This document shows, piece after piece, positions 33,301 through 44,011 of a DNA stretch of 64,000 bases. The position numbers and the translations under genes are program-made. Origin of the DNA: an uncultured Gemmatimonadaceae bacterium (GTDB lineage: Bacteria; Gemmatimonadota; Gemmatimonadetes; Gemmatimonadales; Gemmatimonadaceae); contig CAWFQK010000002.1 of the NCBI GenBank assembly GCA_963817955.1, forward strand, positions 672,001 to 736,000, given 5' to 3'. Within the stretch, counting starts at the first letter, position 1. Each line of letters opens with the position of its first letter. A model generated the notes under the pieces. That model searched no databases, was not told where the DNA came from, and saw nothing but the letters and a program-made list of their open reading frames with translations.

Positions 33301-33461
33301 CCTCACCCTACGGCGACATCCTCGTGGACGCCGGGGCCTCGCCGCTGGTGCTGCTGGAGGACGCGCGCGAGTACGTGGTCGCGCTGCTCGACCGCGTTCG
33401 ATCGATCCTCCAATCGCCGCCGGCGTATCCCGATACGGAAGAAAGCGAGCCTGCCACGTAG
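30339..33461 (+). CDS. TerB_N/TerB_C domain protein, Shango SngA-like, with N-terminal TM and extra domains
   Basis: [28 protein letters not shown] (TerB_N); [13 protein letters not shown]; two xVDxINExA..GDxL (TerB_C) motifs. Confidence 0.85.
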   Translation: MPQTIGWQAALPDILHAATATRRFPPFDEKARAREVATRVSEAKRFPWWPAVAAVVAVLLPHGWILTLAALLLFGGLIHQAMQRSAALGIELNRETERLRAHHRAQAARLEAAVAAANAGDGAALGSLLARWNTLRPDSIKRFRIELSTRRTITDARECLSSVWELRGEAIRRGDVPAGIPRIGRGGRTVSDKRKAAEIDEDLAELNAAAVLSVLLALFSGSSKPVPIVVRLVLPKPPGGELVPWVTLSRLIDRVTLERARGSVTSAVETIRRLGGDVGRWRNQRVTAAAEPVGDAFRVSAISDGMDYRLDGTPLALQEPIETLSEGAAFGTVQLPPRGAPIILMADRHAPLTAPPILASMPPGLTTPVPPLRVIEEHAQDPYGSRATSISFGEAVTQRPEPMAGGAIPHPPLQLGASVGLSSAIPTPLNVNGEFSSVARRFVAYRGEPVATFLAYQSDPTYAQMARGQLKYYFAWRHAVRNGETPRTDLSYILVHVYELLHVIGAETPVDACLQLERLWQRYRETFPKLDHYMVDWISDLYATEVGTDTALDFVERAVALGAMTGPDDLFIATDKQWASGAYGEMSNDSLALLVGDPRLGKNRFYVEHNVGPTGQGWIDRAYREALSVTDRFCHGQHGRTPRDQMIASGGFRTITRQAFQGAVYDWKRKTVTLNVPDLSDTAPAVQAYRCAVRYAENLLRKERNFPAKLRGVTVDAGLARALDAHFATFLRATRPRARVTIDLSKAQNLARESADVRARLLKGVEVAEDVGPLPIAARPSPDMSRTTSTGRTKSGEPVADGDIPAEHIAAGLLTDLAAVHDVLSSLTGPARALVEALAARGWESAENDPDLNAATAGALIGPLVDEINERAVRVLGDVLLVTEENTLVVQEDFRDEVHWVLNGSLDGFSDRRGLPAPANALPVSPSGRVPTAADQPDTDGFGPIELRVLAIIAVGGPGVPASVSKAAREQATTPLLLVDRINEAALASPYGDILVDAGASPLVLLEDAREYVVALLDRVRSILQSPPAYPDTEESEPAT

Positions 33462-33616
33462 CGGCGCGGACAGACACGCCCGCCGACGGGCTGTTCCGCG
33501 CGCCCCCGCGCCTCCCGTATACTTGTGGCCACGACCCGAACATCACTGCAGGCCGGCGCGCCGCGCCCCACCCCCTGCGCCGCGATCGCCGACTGCTACC
33601 ATATGGTTCGCTTGAT

Positions 33617-35028
33617 ATGACCCTGCCCGCCTCCCTTGCATCAAATGTCCCCCGCCGAATCCTCACGGCTGTCATGAACTCGGTCGCCGCGGGTGTGACA
33701 CCGCGGACCGGGATCGAACACCTCGCCGTGGGCCGGAAGGAAGAGATTGGGGCCATCGTGACGGATCTCGACAACGTGGGAGAGGGTGGCGCTGCCTTCC
33801 GCGTCATCTCGGGCCCGTTCGGCTCTGGGAAGAGCTTCCTTCTTCAACTGGCGCGCAACTACGCGTTGGAGCGCAACTACGTGGTGATGGACGCCGACCT
33901 GTCGCCAGAGCGGCGCTGGCCGGTGCCCAACGGCAGGGGCTCGCGACCTACCGCGAGCTCACGAAGAATATGGCCACGAAGACGCGGCCGGACGGCGGCG
34001 CGCTGGCAATGATCCTCGAGAAATGGATCTCCGGCGTTCAGGCAGACGTGATGCGCGAGCAAGGGCTCACGGTCACGGACCCGGCGTTTGCGACAGCGGT
34101 CGAGTCGAAGATCGTCGAGACGGTGAACGCGATGGAGGGGCTCGTTCACGGCTTCGACTTCGCGCAGGTGCTCGCCACGTACTGGCGTGGACACGTCGAG
34201 CAGGACGAGACCAAGAAAGCGGCCGCATTGCGCTGGCTCCGCGGTGAGTACGCAACCAAGACGGAGGCGCGCGAAGCGCTCGGTGGGGTCGTGCGCGTGA
34301 TGATTGACGACGACACGTGGTACGACTACGTGAAGCTGCTGGCCACGTTCGTGACCACGATCGGCTACCGTGGGATCGTCGTCATCGTCGACGAGGCCGT
34401 GAACCTGTACAAGATCTCCCACACACAGGCGCGGCTTGCCAACTACGAAATGCTCCTGACGATCCTCAACGACTGTCTGCAAGGGAGGGCACAACACCTT
34501 GGGGTGTTCTTTGGCTCGACCCCACAGATGGTCGAAGACACCCGCCGCGGCCTGTTCTCCTACGACGCCCTTCGCACGCGCCTCCAGGAGAGCCGGTTCG
34601 CCGCCCGTGCAGGACTCCGAGACGTGAGCGGCACCGTCATCAAACTCGAGCCGCTGTCCTTCGAGGAGATCTTCGTTCTGCTCCAGCGCCTGCGACACCT
34701 TCACGCCATGTTCCATGGGTACGCTGAGCGCGTCTCCGACGAGCAGATCAAGGCCTTCATGGAGGAAACGCTGAACCGCCTCGGCGCCGAGCGCTTCACT
34801 ACGCCCCGGGAGATCATCCGAGACTTCATCGCGGTGCTCAATCTGATTCAACAGAACCCCGGCCTCGGGTTCGACTCACTGATCCGTGGCGAGGACTTCC
34901 GGCCGAGCGCGTCCGGGCCGGACACCGATGCCGTCGTGGCCGATACGGAGGAAAACGCTGCCGGGGCGCAGGCGTTTCCCAAGACGGACGGGGGGTTTGA
35001 TGACCACTTCAAGGCGTTCACGCTGTGA
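33617..35028 (+). CDS. DUF2791/BrxD-like P-loop ATPase, Shango SngB-like (frameshift ~33916)
   Basis: GVTPRTG, VGRKEEI, GPFGSGKS, ADLSPERR / GLATYREL, ALRWLRGE, IVDEAVNL, GLFSYDALRTRL, TPREIIRDF. Confidence 0.9.
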
Positions 35029-37361
35029 CAAGGTCGCCTATCCCTGATCTGACGCCGTCAACGCATGCGTTCGACCGACTCGCCCCGTTCATCCAAGCAT
35101 TCATCTGGAAGCACGGGTGGGCCGAACTCCGCGAGATCCAAGTGCAGGCAGCCGCGGCGGCGTTTGACACCGATCGGCACCTTCTGCTTGCTGCCGGCAC
35201 CGCGAGTGGTAAGACGGAGGCGGCTTTCCTCCCGATCCTGACCCAACTCCACGAGAATCCGTCGTCGACCGTTGGCGCGCTCTATCTCGGCCCACTCAAG
35301 GCGCTCATCAATGACCAGTTCCTCCGACTCGGTGACTTGTGCATCGAGGCGGAGATTCCCGTGACGGCTTGGCACGGCGATGTAGCAGCGAATCGGAAGC
35401 ACGATCTCCTGAAGCGGCCGAGCGGCATCCTGCAGATCACGCCGGAGGCGCTCGAGGGCCTGCTCCTCAACCGAAGCGCGGACCTGAGTCGGCTCTTCGG
35501 GGATTTGCGCTGGGTGGTCATCGACGAGGTGCACGCCTTCATGGGGTCCGACCGAGGAGGCCAAGTGCTCGCCCTACTCGATCGACTCTCGCGTTACGCA
35601 CTCGATCGGACGCGGCTCCCGCGGCGCATGGGACTCTCCGCGACGCTGGGGGACTACGCCGAGGCGTCGGCCTGGCTGGATGGGACCACGGGCCGCGGCG
35701 TGCAGGTGATTGCCGAGCAGGGCAGCCGAACGGTCTACCTTCTCGTTGACCACTTCACCGTGAAGCCGGAGCGGAAGAGTCGTCCGGACGAACCGAGCCA
35801 TGACGCCGACGAGCGCGAGGGGGCGCCCCGAGGAGCATCCCACACAGAGGCAAGTGGCGAGACCGATGCCTTGATGGCGGACAGGCTGATCGACCGTCAA
35901 GCGGACCTCTTGAGCGCCGCATATCAAGCGACCCGGGATCGGAAGAGCCTCATTTTCACCAACTCGCGGAGTGACGCCGAGGAGATCATCACCGGACTCC
36001 GGGGTCTGGCAGAACGTGAGCACGCCCCGGACATCTACTTCGTGCATCACGGCAGCGTCGCGGCGGCCCTCCGCGAAAGCGCTGAGACCGCACTGCGGGA
36101 TGGGGAGGGGCCTGCCTGCACCGCGGCCACCGTCACGTTGGAGCTGGGTATCGACCTGGGGCGCCTGGACCGAGTGCTTCAACTCGGGCCTACCTTCACG
36201 GTCTCGAGCTTCCTGCAGCGCCTCGGGCGCGTCGGACGCCGCCGCGGTCAGCGCCCTGAGATGTTCTTCCTCTTGCGCGAGGAGGAGCACGACGGCAAAG
36301 CGCACGTCCTCGACAGAATCCCGTGGGAGCTGCTGCAGACCATCGCGATCATCCAGCTCTACGCCGAGGACAAGTGGATAGAGCCGATCGGGCGAGCGCA
36401 GTTCGCCGGGAGCTTGCTGTACCACCAAACGATGAGTGTGGTGGGTGCGTCTGGCGAACTGACGCCGCCACAACTTGCCGAGCGTGTTCTGACGCTCGCG
36501 CCATTCGTGAACATCCCGCAGGACGACTTCCGATCGCTGCTCCGTCACCTCCTCGCGATCGACCATCTCGAACGCACGGAAGAAGGCGGGTTGATGCTCG
36601 GCCTCACAGGCGGGAAGATCGTTCACAACTACAAGTTCCTCGCGACGTTCCAGGATTCCACCGAGTGGGCTGTGAAGGAAGGCACGCGCGACATCGGGAC
36701 GATCGCGAGCCCGGTGCCCCAGGGTGAGCGGTTTGCGCTCGCGGGACGCACATGGGAGGTCGTGGATCTGATCTCGGACCAGCGGGTGCTCGTGGTCAAA
36801 CGGGTGAAGGGCACGCTGAAGACTCACTTCATTGGCGGTCACGGCGGCGATGTCCATGGTCGCATTGTCGAACGGATGCGGCGCGTGCTCGTGGAGGACG
36901 TGGCGTACCCGTATCTGACCGAACGCGCCGCGGCTCGTCTGTCGCAGGCGCGTGTACTCGCATCAGCGAGCGGATTCGCGACCCGCCCTACAGTGGTGCC
37001 GGTCAGTCGAGAAAAGGTGATGCTTCTCCCGTGGGTCGGAAGTCGAGTGCTCCGCACGATGGCGTTTCGCATCGGGCAAGCCGGGTTCGCGACCGTGGCG
37101 CACGACGACTTCTATCTCACGCTGACTGCCAAGGCGGGCGGCTCGGAGACGATCGCCAAGGGCCTCGCCGCGCTCGCGCAGGAGTCGTGGGTCGCAGACT
37201 CCATCGCGGGGGATCTCGATCGGGCCTTTTGCACGACCGGGAAGTACGACGAGTTCTTGCCTGACGAGTTGCTCAAGAAAGCCTTCGCGGCGGATCATTT
37301 GGACGCCGCCGGTGCCGCCGACCGAATGCGGGTGATGTTCCCTGAGGCCCTGGCGACCTGA
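35025..37361 (+). CDS. Lhr-like DEAD/DEAH helicase, Shango SngC-like
   Basis: TASGKTEAA, PLKALINDQ, DEVH, LSAT, HHGS, TLELGIDLG, QRLGRVGRR. Confidence 0.92.
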   Translation: MTRSPIPDLTPSTHAFDRLAPFIQAFIWKHGWAELREIQVQAAAAAFDTDRHLLLAAGTASGKTEAAFLPILTQLHENPSSTVGALYLGPLKALINDQFLRLGDLCIEAEIPVTAWHGDVAANRKHDLLKRPSGILQITPEALEGLLLNRSADLSRLFGDLRWVVIDEVHAFMGSDRGGQVLALLDRLSRYALDRTRLPRRMGLSATLGDYAEASAWLDGTTGRGVQVIAEQGSRTVYLLVDHFTVKPERKSRPDEPSHDADEREGAPRGASHTEASGETDALMADRLIDRQADLLSAAYQATRDRKSLIFTNSRSDAEEIITGLRGLAEREHAPDIYFVHHGSVAAALRESAETALRDGEGPACTAATVTLELGIDLGRLDRVLQLGPTFTVSSFLQRLGRVGRRRGQRPEMFFLLREEEHDGKAHVLDRIPWELLQTIAIIQLYAEDKWIEPIGRAQFAGSLLYHQTMSVVGASGELTPPQLAERVLTLAPFVNIPQDDFRSLLRHLLAIDHLERTEEGGLMLGLTGGKIVHNYKFLATFQDSTEWAVKEGTRDIGTIASPVPQGERFALAGRTWEVVDLISDQRVLVVKRVKGTLKTHFIGGHGGDVHGRIVERMRRVLVEDVAYPYLTERAAARLSQARVLASASGFATRPTVVPVSREKVMLLPWVGSRVLRTMAFRIGQAGFATVAHDDFYLTLTAKAGGSETIAKGLAALAQESWVADSIAGDLDRAFCTTGKYDEFLPDELLKKAFAADHLDAAGAADRMRVMFPEALAT

Positions 37362-37529
37362 AGACGGCCTACGCCCTGCGGATATATGGCTCTGCGGCCG
37401 CCCCGCCGACGCCATCTCGTGCGCCGGAGCGTCCAACGGGGCTAGGAACGGGTGACTCGGATCCGCCGCAACGCGACCCGCCTCCGGAATGCCGCAGGAG
37501 CCAGCGCACTCGGCGGTGCAAAGCCGAAC

Positions 37530-37640
37530 GGCAATCGGGACTTAGGAGCCCGACTGCCGCGCATAAAAAGGGGGCTCGCCGAAGCGGGCGGGTCATTGCC
37601 TTCCTGGACGAAACGGGTCACACGTTTCGAGCCCAGACGT
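37530..37640 (+). mobile_element. IS630-family transposase remnant (HTH/DDE junction)
   Basis: LPRIK, then slippery ATAAAAAGGGGG, then (K)GARRSGRVIAFLDETGHTFRAQ in shifted frame; rest missing. Confidence 0.7.
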
Positions 37641-37786
37641 TGTCTTCCCCACGGTCAGCCCGATGCCTTGGCCGGGCAGCGCAGCGGCAGTGCCGAACAT
37701 GACGAGGAGCGGTGCGATGGCGCGGCGTAGCGGTGCAGTCTTCAGTAACCGGTGCAGGTCCCACGGTTCGTCACATCGGCTCGAGA

Positions 37787-38164
37787 TTACTTGAGCGTAT
37801 CCAACGAGACGTTCTTGTCGAATACCGTTTGCTGGTCAGGCCTCAAGATGGCACGCACCGCGTCGACATACTTCGTGCGGACGGCGCTCATCTTCAGGAC
37901 GATCTGCATATCGCCACCGCCGCCTTTGCTCAGCTTCCGCGTTTCCGCCACGTAAGCGCCGCGGAGACTATCGACTCGTTTGCGCTGGTCGGCGTTCAGC
38001 GTGATGGCGGTCGGTTCCGTCAGCCAGCGGTCGATGTCCGACGTCGCAGGCCGCGCCGACGCCTGTTGCTTCGCGGCCGGATGATCCGCGACCTGTGCGC
38101 CAGCGACAGCCGGCCGCCCTGCGGCGGCGAGCAAGATGAGACCAAAGATAGCACTCGTGCGCAT
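37787..38164 (-). CDS. Secreted helical protein, possibly Spy/CpxP-like
   Basis: GGAG RBS, signal peptide, LNADQRKRVDSL...VRAILRPDQQTVFDKN. Confidence 0.65.
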   Translation of the reverse strand: MRTSAIFGLILLAAAGRPAVAGAQVADHPAAKQQASARPATSDIDRWLTEPTAITLNADQRKRVDSLRGAYVAETRKLSKGGGGDMQIVLKMSAVRTKYVDAVRAILRPDQQTVFDKNVSLDTLK

Positions 38165-38262
38165 ACGGGACTCCATGATGAGAACGATCGTTTGCCGTCT
38201 ACCGGGAGTGGTGGTGCGGCATCATAGACATCCTACTCCCACACTTTTCTTAGCAGAGCATC

Positions 38263-38374
38263 CTGAGCGTCGTCGGATACGTGTAATTGCCCGCGCGTCG
38301 TTGAGGGAGTATAATCGACTGAGCGTCGTTGGAGGAGTATAATCGACTGAGCGTCGTTGACTGAGTGTAATCGA
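38263..38374 (+). repeat. Four tandem 28-bp units forming promoter-like elements
   Basis: Units at 38263, 38291, 38319, 38347; consensus CTGAGCGTCGTTGnnnGAGTRTAATCGA. Confidence 0.9.
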
Positions 38375-38376
38375 CA

Positions 38377-40848
38377 ATGGTGTTCTTTCCTGACGTGACG
38401 TTTGCGCTACGCGCGCTGAGGAAACGGCCCGGCATCGTCGCCGCCGTCGTCGTGACGCTGGCCCTGGGCATCGGTGCGAACACGGCAGTGTTCAGCCTGA
38501 TGGATGCGGTACTGCTTCACCCGCTTGCCGTCGGTGATCCCAGCCGCCTCGTCACCGTGTACGAGGCTACCCGAGAGACGCCGTATGGCACCAGCGCGCT
38601 GAGCACCTATCGTGAGTTGTCGGCACGCGCCCGCACGGTTGCGGGGATGGCCGCATCATTTACCACCACACTTCCCCTCGGCGACGAGAATCCGCTCGAC
38701 GTGCAGGTCGCGTTCGTCACGGACACATATTTCACGACGTTGGGGGTGCGTGCGGCGCGCGGACGTGTGCTCACACCCGGTGAATCACGCGACGGATCGC
38801 CGCTCACCGTCGTGCTGAGCGGCGCGCTCTGGCGCACACGCTTCGGCGCCGATCCGGGGATCGTCGGCCGGCACGTTCGTCTCCGCGGCCGAGTGTTTAC
38901 CGTCATCGGCGTGGCACCCGACAATTTTCTCGGAACCAATCTGTCGGCCATTCCCGACGCATGGGTCGCGGTCCCGGCGATCGGCACGCTTGGAATCGAC
39001 ATGCTGTCACGCGGCGGCGAGGCGAACCCCGACGTGCCCGTGTTCACGATGATCGCGCGTCTCGCGCCTGGCGTCACCCGTGAGCAAGCCGCCGCCGATC
39101 TCGACTTGCTCGTGCGGCAGGCCGATGCCGCGGGCCGTTCGTCGCTCTACGTGCAACACCCGCGCGCCGGAATGCCCGTGGTATCCGTCGTGCCGATCGT
39201 CGAGAGCGCGACGTCAATGTCCGATCGCGCCTCGCTGCTGCAATTCATGCGTCTCCTCTTTGGCGTCGTCGCGCTGACGCTGTTGTTGGCGTGCATGAAC
39301 GTGGCGAACCTGCTCATCGTGCGCGCAGGCGAGCGCGCCACGGAGTTGGGCATACGGACCGCGCTCGGCGCCAACGCAGGACGCATCGCGCGACAGGTCT
39401 TGACGGAGAATGCGTTGCTCGGCCTCGCCGGCGGCGGCGCCGGGATCGCCGTCGCGTTCGTCACGCTTCGCCTGTTCTCCACGTTCACCCTTCCCGGCCG
39501 CATTTCGGTCGATCACCTCTCGCTCGCGCTCAACGCGCGGGTCCTGCTCTTCACCACCGTGATCTCGTTGGCCACCGCGCTCGCCGTGGGTATCGTGCCG
39601 GCGCTGCAAGCGACGCGTACGAACATCATCGACGTGCTGCGCCGTCAGGAAGGGCAGCGGCAATCGCTTCGCACGCGTGGAGCGCTGATCGCCGCGCAGG
39701 TCGCCATCGCGCTCATCCTCCTGGTGGGCGCCGGACTGTTTCTGCGCAGCATGCGCGCTGGGCTGAGCACCGACCTCGGCTTCGATCCGCGGCCGATCGC
39801 CGCAGTGAGCATCACGCCAAAATTCGAGGGCCGGCACGCCGACAACGTACGTCCCTACCTCGAGATCGTGTCGCAAATGCAGAAGAGAGCCGGAGTGACG
39901 GCAGCAGCGGCGGCGACACACGTGCCGATCGGCGGCGCGGCGATGCGGACCGTCGAGATCGGACCGGAAACCGGCGCGCCAGCAGCCGACCAACGGTCCG
40001 TCATGGCCGGCATCGGTAACGTTACCGACGACTACTTCAAGACCATCGGAGTACCCCTCGTCGCTGGCCGCACGTTCAACAGCGCCGATGTCGTCACGGC
40101 GCCCCACGTGATGGTGCTGAACGAATCGGCCGCACGTGCGCTCTGGCCGCACGAATCCCCGCTCGGCAAGCTCGTTCACTCGCGCGGTTTCACCTATACC
40201 GTGATTGGCGTCGCACGCGACACGAAGTACATAACACTGCAGGACCGAACGGTGCCGTTCGCCTACGTGTCGATTGTGCAGGAGGATTTCTACGCCTCGG
40301 TGAGTTTTCTCGCGCGCAGCGCGGAGCCGCGGGCCGCGCTGGACGTACTTCGGCAGACCGTGCATACGGTTGCGCCGGATCTCAAGACTCCCGACTTCGC
40401 CCGGCTACGCCCGCGCCTCGTCTCCGAGCAGGTCGACATGATCCTCGCGCCCCAGCGTTTTGGCGCGGAGCTGCTCGCAGCGTTCGCGCTCGTCGCGCTG
40501 TGTGTCTCCGCGGTTGGGATCTACGGTACTGTTGCCTATGCCGTCGGGCAGCGCACGACGGAGATCGGAGTTCGCATGGCACTCGGCGCGCAAGCCTCGA
40601 GCATTCTGTCATTGGTGCTGACCGAAACGGGAATTGCCGTGGCGTCCGGCCTGCTCATCGGGGTCGCGGGGACACTGGTCAGCAGCCGACTGCTGGCGCA
40701 CTCCTTTTCCGGGATCGGCGCGGTCGACTGGCTTGCGTTCGCGGGCGGGGCGTGCGCCGTTCTCGTCGTCGCGGCGAGCGCATCATGGATTCCGGCCCGG
40801 CGCGCAATGCAGATCGACCCCGCGAGAGCGATGCGGGGATTGCAATGA
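38377..40848 (+). CDS. ADOP/MacB-FtsX duplicated permease
   Basis: TLALGIGANTAVFS, LACMNVANLL, ELGIRTALGA, EIGVRMALGA, PARRA. Confidence 0.93.
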   Translation: MVFFPDVTFALRALRKRPGIVAAVVVTLALGIGANTAVFSLMDAVLLHPLAVGDPSRLVTVYEATRETPYGTSALSTYRELSARARTVAGMAASFTTTLPLGDENPLDVQVAFVTDTYFTTLGVRAARGRVLTPGESRDGSPLTVVLSGALWRTRFGADPGIVGRHVRLRGRVFTVIGVAPDNFLGTNLSAIPDAWVAVPAIGTLGIDMLSRGGEANPDVPVFTMIARLAPGVTREQAAADLDLLVRQADAAGRSSLYVQHPRAGMPVVSVVPIVESATSMSDRASLLQFMRLLFGVVALTLLLACMNVANLLIVRAGERATELGIRTALGANAGRIARQVLTENALLGLAGGGAGIAVAFVTLRLFSTFTLPGRISVDHLSLALNARVLLFTTVISLATALAVGIVPALQATRTNIIDVLRRQEGQRQSLRTRGALIAAQVAIALILLVGAGLFLRSMRAGLSTDLGFDPRPIAAVSITPKFEGRHADNVRPYLEIVSQMQKRAGVTAAAAATHVPIGGAAMRTVEIGPETGAPAADQRSVMAGIGNVTDDYFKTIGVPLVAGRTFNSADVVTAPHVMVLNESAARALWPHESPLGKLVHSRGFTYTVIGVARDTKYITLQDRTVPFAYVSIVQEDFYASVSFLARSAEPRAALDVLRQTVHTVAPDLKTPDFARLRPRLVSEQVDMILAPQRFGAELLAAFALVALCVSAVGIYGTVAYAVGQRTTEIGVRMALGAQASSILSLVLTETGIAVASGLLIGVAGTLVSSRLLAHSFSGIGAVDWLAFAGGACAVLVVAASASWIPARRAMQIDPARAMRGLQ

Positions 40849-40908
40849 CTCAGAACGGGCGAACCAGTCGCCACATGCGACCACAGTTTATTTTGACCGA
40901 ACTGACAC

Positions 40909-41280
40909 GTGTCCATACTACATGACGTTCCGCAGCGTCGGGAACCACCGCAGCTCTTCGAGCTGATCGCCCAGTGGGCAAGGCGCGCATCCGACGGCGT
41001 GCTTGCACTCTCCGCGGGCGTCGGTGCGGTCGGAAGTTGTGCATTGTTCATTGCGCGACCGGCGTGGTGGGCTTACGCACTCCCTGTCGTGGCTCTCGGC
41101 GCGGTCGGCTTCTGGGGAATTGCAGAGCGAGAACTCACGTCCGACAGTCGTGCCGTGAATGACTCGCGCCGTCGCCTTTTACGACTCGCGCAGATGGTCG
41201 CCGTCACAATCGGGTCTGCGGCTGCGGCAGTTTCAGGGCTCGCCGTCTGCCGTCTCGCGATTGGAACCTGGATTTCGTAG
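40909..41280 (+). CDS. Hypothetical membrane protein
   Basis: Three hydrophobic segments; ends IGTWIS. Confidence 0.55.
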   Translation: MSILHDVPQRREPPQLFELIAQWARRASDGVLALSAGVGAVGSCALFIARPAWWAYALPVVALGAVGFWGIAERELTSDSRAVNDSRRRLLRLAQMVAVTIGSAAAAVSGLAVCRLAIGTWIS

Positions 41281-41343
41281 CCGAGGTGGCCCGACCTCCG
41301 GCCATGGCTGCGCGACGTGATCCGGTCGAAACGTTAGAACGCC

Positions 41344-42268
41344 TTAGCGACCCGGATGAAGCTGGCGCAGCCAACGTGGGTCTAATCGCGTATCCACGCG
41401 GATGGTCGCTGGGTGCCGGATCCCAGCACGGATGCTCCACGGCAGGATGTAGGAGGCAAGCAGGATGCTGTCGAGCCGTTGGCTGAGCACATAGATCCGC
41501 TCGCCGTTGCCTGCCACTCGAAGTGCGCGATGTGGGAGCACCAACGTCTGCAGGTAGGCTCCGCTTTCAGCGTAGAGGTCCACCATGCGGTCCGCGCCCG
41601 CGGTGTGACCGGCAAACAAGACGGCCACTCCACCGGGATAGCTCGTCGCGTCGCGCGTGTACACTGGAGCGCTATGCCTGATTCGGTACCAGATGGATCG
41701 ATACCATGGTTCCTGAATGACGGGTTCGACAAATGGGCCCAGCGGACGGACGGCCGAGTCGGTAACGATCATCACGGTGCTCATGCGCGGCGCCCACATC
41801 AGGCACGGGCCGCCCAACGACCCACCGAAGTGGACCTCCGGCCACCTCACGGCGAGACCGTCCACGTACCCACGCGGAATGCGCAGCGCCCGCACGTGAG
41901 CCGGCGGCGATAGGGGCTGCACAAACACGGTCTCCGGGTGGGCGTTCTCGATGAATGCGATCGCTCTCCCGTCGATGACGCACCCCACGCGCGGCGCACC
42001 AGCGGAGTCCAGCGTCGCCTCGATCTTGCTCGTGGCCGATACGGTACGGCTCACCACCCGCCCTGAGGCCGAATCGAGATACCATGTGATGCCGTCAGGG
42101 GTGACGCCGCAGGCGAGCTTCCCACTCCAGATCTCCGACCCCGCCAACGCGAATGACGGCGGCACCTGTACCGGCTACGCGATTGTCCGCGCTCGGCGAA
42201 CAACTGACCAGCGCCAGTGCCCCTATATAATAGATGTAACACGACGATCGAGCAGCGAAGGAAGCCAT
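41344..42268 (-). CDS. Putative lipoprotein, beta-rich (frameshift ~42170-42190)
   Basis: MASFAARSSCYIYYIGALALVSC lipobox-like start lies in a different frame from ORF 41344..42165. Confidence 0.45.
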
Positions 42269-42328
42269 CAGCAGATTCTAAGGCTTCACGTTGAGCGAAG
42301 CAAACATCATCATACTGACGTTCGGCCA

Positions 42329-44011
42329 CTACCGCTGAACGCGGCTCGCAGCCGAGCGCTCGCGAGCACGCGCGCGGGGGCAGGTTTCGTGCTGCACCGC
42401 CAGTAACGCCATCGCGTTCGCGTTGACGACGCGCATGGCGTCGACGCGCTCGGCGTTCCACCAACGCCATGGTGCATCCTCGTTTTGGCGACGCACGGCG
42501 GCAGAGGATGGGCCCCACTGCCGCAGCAGATGCCGGGCGGCGTCACAGCGCTGCATATCGAGACTGGAATCCGCCTCGGTGCCGGGGATCAGCATCGCGT
42601 TGGGCGGCGAGAGCGTCGCCTGCGTCGCGACGGACGCGGCCTCGCCACCCAAGGTCGCCAGATACCGGATGTCCAGCGGGTGAGCGGCTGACGTCGAGAG
42701 CGATTTGGCGCGCTGCACGTTGATCCGGGCGACGAGCGCGTCGGGCGGGACGAGGTTGAGCACCGCCAACGTAACCAGGCCCGACACGACCAATCCAGCC
42801 ACGAACGGCTGCCCGCGATCCCGAAGCACCGTACGCGCGAGCCATACCAACACGAATGCCAACCACCCCATGGCGATGAGGGGGTAGAGGCGATCGGTCG
42901 TCAAACCGAAGTAGAACATGTAGAGTCGCAGGCGCAGCACCGCCGAGACGATCATCACTCCGAGCAGTACAATGATGGGCAGCGCGAGACGAGTATGCCG
43001 ACGCCGCAACGCAGCTCCGGCGAGTGGATCGAGCGCGGCACGCGTCGCGACCAGCACCGGCACGACGAGCGCGACCACCCACATCACCTGAAAGAATCCC
43101 TGTCGTGCGTACTCCGCGGCAGTGAGCCCCGTGCGCTCCTGCAGGAACCGCTCGCCGCCAAACAGCCAGCCGAACTGCACGGCCACAAAGGCACCAAACA
43201 GGACGAGGAGCGTGCCGAGTGCGCTGGTCACCTCGGGTACGCCGATTCGGATGAGCGGCGCTGCGGGGGCTCGATCCGGAACCTCCCTCGACATCAGTGC
43301 GCCGCGTGCCCAACCGGCGGTCGTCGCGGTGAAGAAGCCTACGAGAAAGACATGCGACACAAGGGTCAACATGTCGAATTCCGGCAGGCGAATGAGGCTG
43401 GCGAAAATCGGGTCAGCCGATCGCAGCAGCGCACCGAATACGAGCAGCAACGCACCAGACAGCGCGACGGCGCGTAGCGCGGTGGGAAACACGCGCGCCG
43501 CGTTTCGCCTGCTCTGCCCACCAGCCACATCTCGCAACGCAAGCGGGATCAACCCAACGATGATCTCACCAACGAGCGATGCGACACCCCATACGGTGTC
43601 GCGCAATCGCTCGGCGAAAAGTGCCGCGCGCGGGCGGGCCAGTGCGACGCCGGCCAGCGTCACGGCGCCGACGGCGGCGATGAAGTCGAAGAACACCAGC
43701 GTTGCGGAATCGCGCCACGCAATCGCGGCGGCGAACAGCAGGGCGGTGGCAAGCCAGGCGCTCGCTTCAACGGGCAGCGCGCGTCTCGCCCGCCACGTCA
43801 TCGCGATCGCGGACAGGACAGCGAGTGCAATCCAGAGCGGGAAGCCGAGTCCATCCGGACCGCCCCGGAGCAGCGCATCGCCGGCGATGCCGAGGAGGAG
43901 CGCGTGCACAAGCACGCGTCTGGCGAATTCGGGGCGAGTCATATCGCCCACGCGCTCGTGTATCGAATGGACCGTTGCGATCGCGTCTGGGTCCGGCGTC
44001 AGGGTCGTCAT
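42329..44011 (-). CDS. DUF4153/DUF4173 membrane protein
   Basis: LLRSADPIF, AEYARQGFFQ, YFGLTTDRL, ARINV, DIRYLATLG. Confidence 0.88.
   Translation of the reverse strand: MTTLTPDPDAIATVHSIHERVGDMTRPEFARRVLVHALLLGIAGDALLRGGPDGLGFPLWIALAVLSAIAMTWRARRALPVEASAWLATALLFAAAIAWRDSATLVFFDFIAAVGAVTLAGVALARPRAALFAERLRDTVWGVASLVGEIIVGLIPLALRDVAGGQSRRNAARVFPTALRAVALSGALLLVFGALLRSADPIFASLIRLPEFDMLTLVSHVFLVGFFTATTAGWARGALMSREVPDRAPAAPLIRIGVPEVTSALGTLLVLFGAFVAVQFGWLFGGERFLQERTGLTAAEYARQGFFQVMWVVALVVPVLVATRAALDPLAGAALRRRHTRLALPIIVLLGVMIVSAVLRLRLYMFYFGLTTDRLYPLIAMGWLAFVLVWLARTVLRDRGQPFVAGLVVSGLVTLAVLNLVPPDALVARINVQRAKSLSTSAAHPLDIRYLATLGGEAASVATQATLSPPNAMLIPGTEADSSLDMQRCDAARHLLRQWGPSSAAVRRQNEDAPWRWWNAERVDAMRVVNANAMALLAVQHETCPRARARERSAASRVQR

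Noticed and set aside
33617..37361. BREX type 2 (BrxD/BrxHI)
   Set aside because: No pglX, pglZ or pglW; an upstream TerB_N/C gene fits Shango better
38263..38374. CRISPR array
   Set aside because: Units are directly adjacent with no unique spacers; no cas genes in the window
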